Shown: piece after piece, positions 58,871 through 64,000 of the stretch | How the letters are laid out: each line of letters begins with the position of its first letter | How positions within the stretch are numbered: the first letter of the stretch is position 1 | Assembly: GCA_009840355.1 (NCBI GenBank) | Contig: VXNZ01000014.1 | Span: 64,567-128,566, forward strand | Direction: 5' to 3' | From: Chloroflexota bacterium | GTDB lineage: Bacteria; Chloroflexota; Dehalococcoidia; Lucifugimonadales; JADFKI01 | DNA: 64,000 bases | Notes under the pieces: generated by a model | The model's database searches: none | The model's input: the letters and a program-made list of their open reading frames with translations, nothing else | Told to the model about the DNA's origin: nothing | Program-made: the position numbers and the translations under genes

Positions 58871-60424
58871 GTGAAGTACGATTACATCATCATCGGCGCG
58901 GGCTCGGCGGGTTCGGTCTTGGCGACTCGCATTACTGAGAGCACCGACCGCTCGGTATTGTTGTTGGAGGCGGGTCCGGACTATGTGGATATTGAACACC
59001 TGCCGGACAGCGTCAAGCAAGGTAACAATCCATGGCATTCAGCCTACGGCCCGGACGCGCACAGCTGGAACTACGAAGCGAGCGCGACGCCGGGGCGCGA
59101 ACCGTTCATCGTGCCGCGCGGCAAGGTTACGGGCGGCTCAAGCGCGATTAACGGGCAAGTGTTCTTTCGCGGCATCCCGGAAGACTATGACGAGTGGGCG
59201 GAACTCGGCAATGGCGAATGGTCCTTTGTGAACTGCTTGCCCTACTTCAACAAGAGTGAAACCGACCTGACATTTGGCGGGGACGACTTTCACGGCTCTG
59301 ACGGACCGATACCCGTCAGGCGATATGAGCGCGAAGATGTGAACCCAAGCGCAAAGGCGTTCTGGGCGGCATGCGTCAATGCGGGCTTCCCTGAGACGAT
59401 GGACCAGAATCACCCGGAATCTACCGGGGTCGGTCCGCGTCCGCTCAACAACATCGACGGTGTGCGGATGAGCACGGCGCTGACATATCTGTCGCAGGTG
59501 CGGCACAAGCTCAATCTGACGATTCGCGGCAATGTGATGGTTCATCGGATACTCTTCGAGGGCAAGCGCGCGGTGGGCGTGCAAGCCGAAAGCGGCGGCG
59601 AGGCGTTCAGCGTGTACGCTGACGAAATTATACTGAGCGGCGGTGCGATAAACTCGCCGCAGACGCTGATGTTGTCGGGAATAGGCCCCGTCGAGCACAT
59701 CAAAGAGGTGGGCATAGAACCCCTGCATGACCTGCCCGGCGTGGGACAGAACCTGCGTGATCATCCCTCCACATTCATCCCTTATAGCACCACATTGGAA
59801 CTGGCGGACATCAACACGCCGTCCATTCAGGTTGGGATGCGCTACACAACGCCGAACTCCATACATCGGAACGATATGCAAATGTCTCCCATCCTCTTGA
59901 CAAGCGAACACAGACCATCGAATGTGCAACTCACTGATGATGGCACATTCACCGGCTTTAGCGTAGCGCTGCAAAAAGCGGTAACGGCAGGGACGCTACG
60001 GCTCGCGTCGGCAGACCCCAATCAGCAGCCGCTGCTGGACTACAACTACCTGAGCGACGCATGGGACAAGGAGCGCATGCGCGGCGCGGTGCGGCAGTGC
60101 GTTGAAATCGCCCAAAGTCCTGAGTACGCGGACATACTCGTAGAACGCCTGACACCTTCCGACGAAGAGCTGCAAGACGACGACACGCTCGACGCATGGC
60201 TGCTGGCAAATGTCGGCACGCAGCATCACTCATCCGGCACCTGCAAGATGGGTCCTGCGTCCGATGATATGGCGGTGGTGGACCAATACTGCCGTGTATA
60301 TGGCATCGACGGGCTGCGTGTGGTGGATGCGTCTGTCATGCCCGATGTAGTGCGCGCCAACACGAACGCCACGACAATCATGATCGCAGAGCGAGTCGCA
60401 CAATGGATTATCGACGAGAGCTGA
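58871..60424 (+). CDS. GMC-family FAD oxidoreductase (choline dehydrogenase-like)
   Basis: GTG at 58871 with AGGAGG upstream. YDYIIIGAGSAGSVLATRI FAD motif. GGSSAINGQVF. C-terminal HHSSGTCKMG active-site region. Confidence 0.88.
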   Translation: MKYDYIIIGAGSAGSVLATRITESTDRSVLLLEAGPDYVDIEHLPDSVKQGNNPWHSAYGPDAHSWNYEASATPGREPFIVPRGKVTGGSSAINGQVFFRGIPEDYDEWAELGNGEWSFVNCLPYFNKSETDLTFGGDDFHGSDGPIPVRRYEREDVNPSAKAFWAACVNAGFPETMDQNHPESTGVGPRPLNNIDGVRMSTALTYLSQVRHKLNLTIRGNVMVHRILFEGKRAVGVQAESGGEAFSVYADEIILSGGAINSPQTLMLSGIGPVEHIKEVGIEPLHDLPGVGQNLRDHPSTFIPYSTTLELADINTPSIQVGMRYTTPNSIHRNDMQMSPILLTSEHRPSNVQLTDDGTFTGFSVALQKAVTAGTLRLASADPNQQPLLDYNYLSDAWDKERMRGAVRQCVEIAQSPEYADILVERLTPSDEELQDDDTLDAWLLANVGTQHHSSGTCKMGPASDDMAVVDQYCRVYGIDGLRVVDASVMPDVVRANTNATTIMIAERVAQWIIDES

Positions 60425-60452
60425 TACGATAGGCGGTTATAGGTATTTTGCG

Positions 60453-61130
60453 ATGCGTCAACGAAGTATGCGTCCATCGTCGCTACCGCTAATCGTCGCT
60501 CTGGCATTGGCGGCAACAGCGTTGGCAATGACAACGGCGTGCGCAGATAGTTCCCCGGCGGTGGAAGCGCTGGAAGCGGAGGCGGCGTACACGCGCGGGG
60601 TGGAGTTGCGCGAAGACCGCCAGTTGCAAAATGCCCTCCGCGAGTTCAACGAGGCGCTGCGGCTAAATCCGCGCTACGCTGAAGCGTACGCGGCGCGCGC
60701 GTCCGTGTACTACGAATTCGGCGATGAATCGAACACCATATCAGACCTAAACTCGGCACTTCGCCTGAATCCGGAAGTCGCGGAGGCGTATTATTATCGC
60801 GGTCTGATCTACATCGACAGAGGCAGAAGCGATGATGCCGTAACCAATCTTACAAAGGCATTGCAACTCGCCCCCGATTTCACCGACGCATACTACAACC
60901 GTGCTCGTGTCTATTTCGCGCTGGAAGACTTAGATGCTGCGCTTGGCGACCTATCGTCAGCGCTTGAGATAGAGGCAGATGCGGCGCGGCTGTATTACTT
61001 GAGGGCGCAGGTGCACCTGCTCGCCGGCGATACGGAGCGCGGTATCTCCGACATCGAGCGCACGCTGGAATTGACCAATGACGAAGCGCTCGCCGCGCGT
61101 GCCAAGGAGCTGCTGGCGCTGCTGCGTTAG
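60453..61130 (+). CDS. TPR-repeat protein with a signal peptide (possible lipoprotein)
   Basis: 225 aa. Signal sequence ending AMTTAC. About 5 TPR units (ALRLNPRYAEAYAARASVYYEFGD, ALRLNPEVAEAYYYRGLIY, ALQLAPDFTDAYYNRARVYF...). Confidence 0.8.
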   Translation: MRQRSMRPSSLPLIVALALAATALAMTTACADSSPAVEALEAEAAYTRGVELREDRQLQNALREFNEALRLNPRYAEAYAARASVYYEFGDESNTISDLNSALRLNPEVAEAYYYRGLIYIDRGRSDDAVTNLTKALQLAPDFTDAYYNRARVYFALEDLDAALGDLSSALEIEADAARLYYLRAQVHLLAGDTERGISDIERTLELTNDEALAARAKELLALLR

Positions 61131-61325
61131 CCTAGCCAGATGGCGGCGCATCAGTTGGGTGTCAGAAGAAACATGGCGGCGCGTGCTAGTATTCATCGTT
61201 CGACAACGGGCACGGAATTTCGACACGCGCCCAAGCGGCTTACTGATATTGTCGCCATGTCTGAGACTTCGTGTCAGCGACGCAGTGGCATGGTGGCATA
61301 GCGGAATTCTGCGCGAGGAGGCAGC

Positions 61326-62603
61326 GTGCGATCACGACAGGTGCGGGCTTCGCTGCTTGAAATCCGCGTATTCGGCATAGAACTAGGAAGCATCGGCTGG
61401 CTGCTCGCCATGTCCACGATGTTGTTCGTGCTGCTCTTCCCCTTTTCCAGCTATGTCGCCGCGCTGCCCATCATTCAAGAGGAGTGGAGCCTCAACAACA
61501 CGCAAGCAGGCGCGATATTTTCCGCATATCTGGCCGGATTCGCAGTGTCCGCGCTGGTCGTGGTACCGCTGACGGACAGACTCGGCTCAAAGCGCGTGTT
61601 CGTCGCGTCCACATCGATCTCAGTCGTCGCGAATGTGTTGTTCCCGCTGGTCGCCAACGACGCAATTACCGCATCAATACTTCGCGCACTCGCGGGGCTT
61701 GGCCTGGTCGGCGTGTACAATCCCGGCATGCGCATAGTCGCAGAGCGGTTCGCCCATAGAGGTCGAGGCTTCGCAGTCGGCACATTCGTAACATTCTTCT
61801 ACGCGTCCAACAGCGTATCGCTCACGCTGACCGGCATATTGCTGGCGTGGTTCGAATGGCGAGACGCTTACCTGATAATGTCAGCTGCAAGCGGCGCGAG
61901 CGTGGTCATGGCGTTTCTCGTGCTGCGCAATCACAAGTCACAGTCGGTGAGCGGTTCAACCGGCAGGCTGGACATATCCGTGCTCAAGAACAAGGCGGCG
62001 CGGATATACATCACGGGTTATTCGTTGCACGCGGCGGAGCTGTACATCGTGCGCGTCTGGCTGCCCGCGCTCTTGGCAGCGGCTCTCATCGCGCGCGGCG
62101 AGGACGAACTGAACGCAGCAGTAGGTGCCGCGACTATCGGCGGACTCGCAATGGCAAGCGGTGCAATCGGGCCTGTGATGGGCGGCACGATGTCCGATCG
62201 ATTCGGCAGAGCGGCGTCCGCGTCCGTGATTTTCGTGCTGAGCGGCGTGTGCGCGGTGGCGGTCGGCTGGATGGTAGGTCTGCCCTTGCCGCTGATAATC
62301 GGCGTATCGATAGTATTAGGCTGGGCGATTGCCGCGGACTCGGCGATCTATTCGACGGCAGTAACCGAAGTTGCAGAACCGACGCGGCTAGGCTCTACAA
62401 TGGCAGTGCATTCCTTCGTCGGTTTCATGGGCGGCGTCGTGGGACCGGTGCTCGCGGGAGCGGTGCTAGATGTGTCGCCCGAATCTTTGAAGTGGGGGCT
62501 GACTTTCTCTGCCACAGGCTTGCTCGCGATCGTGGCGATTATCGCAATGCGCGGTATGTGGCGATTGCCGACAATGCCTTCGCCAGGGTCCTCCTCAGAC
62601 TAG
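61326..62603 (+). CDS. MFS transporter
   Basis: 425-aa ORF with about 12 TM helices and the motif PLTDRLGSKRV. The start is uncertain (GTG at 61326, and internal Met residues are possible). Confidence 0.78.
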   Translation: MRSRQVRASLLEIRVFGIELGSIGWLLAMSTMLFVLLFPFSSYVAALPIIQEEWSLNNTQAGAIFSAYLAGFAVSALVVVPLTDRLGSKRVFVASTSISVVANVLFPLVANDAITASILRALAGLGLVGVYNPGMRIVAERFAHRGRGFAVGTFVTFFYASNSVSLTLTGILLAWFEWRDAYLIMSAASGASVVMAFLVLRNHKSQSVSGSTGRLDISVLKNKAARIYITGYSLHAAELYIVRVWLPALLAAALIARGEDELNAAVGAATIGGLAMASGAIGPVMGGTMSDRFGRAASASVIFVLSGVCAVAVGWMVGLPLPLIIGVSIVLGWAIAADSAIYSTAVTEVAEPTRLGSTMAVHSFVGFMGGVVGPVLAGAVLDVSPESLKWGLTFSATGLLAIVAIIAMRGMWRLPTMPSPGSSSD

Positions 62604-62665
62604 ACTGCCTCCACACTAGGAATTGGCAAGTGCGGGAAACCCGCTGCCGCAGCCGAAACTGAATC

Positions 62666-62694
62666 TTGTGAATTGTTTCACGCTCAACTATAAT
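62666..62694 (+). promoter_or_regulatory. Candidate promoter of the 62802 gene
   Basis: TTGTGA (62666..62671), a 17-nt spacer, then TATAAT (62689..62694). Confidence 0.4.
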
Positions 62695-62801
62695 TGTGGG
62701 TAAGCGCGTGCGCAACCGGCCCGAAGTGCTATCTGAGCCAGCCGCAAACGCAGCAAACTATCCCCGATTATTGATAAATCCGCAGGGGGTACCTCCCGAC
62801 T

Positions 62802-63152
62802 ATGAAGATTTACTTCTGCCCTGAGTGCGGGGCATACGACTTTGGCGACGGCATTGTGTGTGCGGATTGCAACGAACCTATTCCAAACGACAGCTGGGCG
62901 GATGTGAGCGCAGACGAACTGGCGGAGTTGGACTTCGCCGAAGAGTACGAGCTGCCGCCGGGCTTGCCATCGTGGGAATACGAGGTGATAAGGCTCGAAT
63001 CGATCGCGGAAGACGACAAGCAGAACTACGCGCTGCAGCTTCTCAACAGCATGGGCGACAAGGGCTGGGAGCTAGTCAGCATCGAAGCGCCACCCGGTCA
63101 AGGCACGACACGTTTCGGCGTCTTCAAGCGAGCGTGGCTGGACTATTTTTAA
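62802..63152 (+). CDS. Zinc-ribbon protein with a DUF4177-like C-terminal domain
   Basis: 116 aa. CPECG...CADC zinc ribbon, an acidic linker, and a C-terminal WEYEVIRLES...LLNSMGDKGWELVSI pattern that I associate with DUF4177. Confidence 0.6.
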   Translation: MKIYFCPECGAYDFGDGIVCADCNEPIPNDSWADVSADELAELDFAEEYELPPGLPSWEYEVIRLESIAEDDKQNYALQLLNSMGDKGWELVSIEAPPGQGTTRFGVFKRAWLDYF

Positions 63153-63299
63153 GTTCCCTGCTAAGTCTATTGCAACTCTAGCGTCATTGGCATCGCCTTA
63201 CTAATGCCTGGCGATTCCAAGTATGACTGATGGATGTGCGCGTATGAATGCCTTGCTCCTATTCTTTCCCCAGAGGAAAGGGACAATATGAGCGGCGAT

Positions 63300-63746
63300 T
63301 CAGTCTCTTGAAATTCGCGCTCGTTGTATTGCGCCCCAACTCACTACCCGCTCCGGCGCTATGCGGATGATGGCACAGCCGGGTTGCAGCATTACCTCGT
63401 ACTGCGGATATTTCTTCCTTAGCAGCTTCTCCGCTCGCTCGCGTTCTTCGCCCTCTTCGCTGATTATATCCGCCCTGCCGCGTATCATCACATACGCGAG
63501 TTCGCTCCAATCTTCCGAGTAGTCGTCTATGACGATGGCGACTTGAGGGTTTTCCAGGATGTTGCGAATGCGCTTGAGCGCCCTGCCGCCCACACGCTTT
63601 GGTTTCAGGTCGATCGCTGAATAGATGCGGGCGCCGTCGAATGCAAAGCAAATCGGCACAGCGTACGGCGCGCCGCCCGCATCCGCAGTTGCGAGGCGGG
63701 CGACACGACGGTTTGCTACAAAATCCGAAACTTCCTGTGAGAACAT
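63300..63746 (-). CDS. PPOX-class (pyridoxamine-5-phosphate-oxidase-like) probable F420-dependent protein
   Basis: 148 aa: FVANRRVARLATADAGGAPYAVPICFAFDGARIYSAIDLKPK...VAIVIDDYSEDWSELAYVMIRGRA, typical of split-barrel PPOX/F420-binding proteins. Confidence 0.75.
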   Translation of the reverse strand: MFSQEVSDFVANRRVARLATADAGGAPYAVPICFAFDGARIYSAIDLKPKRVGGRALKRIRNILENPQVAIVIDDYSEDWSELAYVMIRGRADIISEEGEERERAEKLLRKKYPQYEVMLQPGCAIIRIAPERVVSWGAIQRARISRD

Positions 63747-63777
63747 CTACCTGTCCACCCGCCTTGCCTTGAATGCA

Positions 63778-64000
63778 CTAGATGCCTTGCCAGACGCGCC
63801 GTCCGCCTTCGTGCACGAAATGCCCGAACCCGTTACCGGGGAAGTGCCCTGCGGATACCAGCGTTCCTTCCGATTCGAGCATGTCCATCACTGTGTGGCG
63901 GGTACGGCGCGACACTTCGGGATCCACATCGAACACAGGGCTCCAGTCTGTATAATGCGCCTGTGCCGGGCTATGCGCCACATCGCCTAGAATGTACGCA
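63778..64000 (-). CDS. MBL-fold metallo-hydrolase, C-terminal fragment (gene continues beyond the window)
   Basis: C-terminal ...GDVAHSPAQAHYTDWSPVFDVDPEVSRRTRHTVMDMLESEGTLVSAGHFPGNGFGHF... resembles lactonase-type MBL proteins. The frame stays open to the window edge. Confidence 0.6.
   Translation of the reverse strand, partial: AYILGDVAHSPAQAHYTDWSPVFDVDPEVSRRTRHTVMDMLESEGTLVSAGHFPGNGFGHFVHEGGRRVWQGI

Overview
A high-GC (about 60% by eye) chromosomal segment with roughly 60 protein genes and one tRNA. I saw no rRNA, CRISPR array, transposase or prophage. All functional calls come from motif recognition in the supplied translations, because no searches were possible. Most genes are housekeeping or catabolic: xerD, uvrC, an SPFH/NfeD membrane module, a VapBC-like toxin-antitoxin pair, glycerate kinase, lutABC, gamma-glutamyltransferase, a peptide-type ABC importer without ATPase genes, a cluster of an F420-type luciferase-like oxidoreductase, two SDRs, a lactonase and a mutarotase-like protein, a NifS-like desulfurase, speB/speH, a GldA/F/G-like ABC system with a DUF4340-like protein, cinA, coaE, rarA, tandem MFS and tandem hydrolase paralogues, threonine aldolase, an aspartase/fumarase-family lyase, the CCA-adding enzyme, a GMC oxidoreductase and others.

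Four things stand out:
1. A selenocysteine trait that ORF calling misses. A 180-aa gene (18161..18703) is split in the ORF track by an in-frame TGA, which gives a U-G-S-C motif and has a SECIS-like hairpin just downstream. The same window also holds an unannotated tRNA-Sec (30034..30131, with a near-consensus promoter) and selA.
2. A low-GC gene for a staphylococcal-nuclease domain fused to a coiled coil, about 7 ankyrin repeats and a C-terminal membrane anchor.
3. A CbbQ/NorQ-type AAA+ ATPase and a 1104-aa NorD/CbbO-like VWA protein with no visible client. They sit in one tight operon with CoA-turnover genes.
4. A roughly 160-bp MITE-like element with nested inverted repeats, plus a related dispersed short repeat.

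F420-type enzymes, candidate leaderless promoters, Ala/Pro-rich lipoprotein linkers and an ankyrin protein would fit a Chloroflexota-like, possibly host-associated or marine lineage. That taxonomic guess is inference only.
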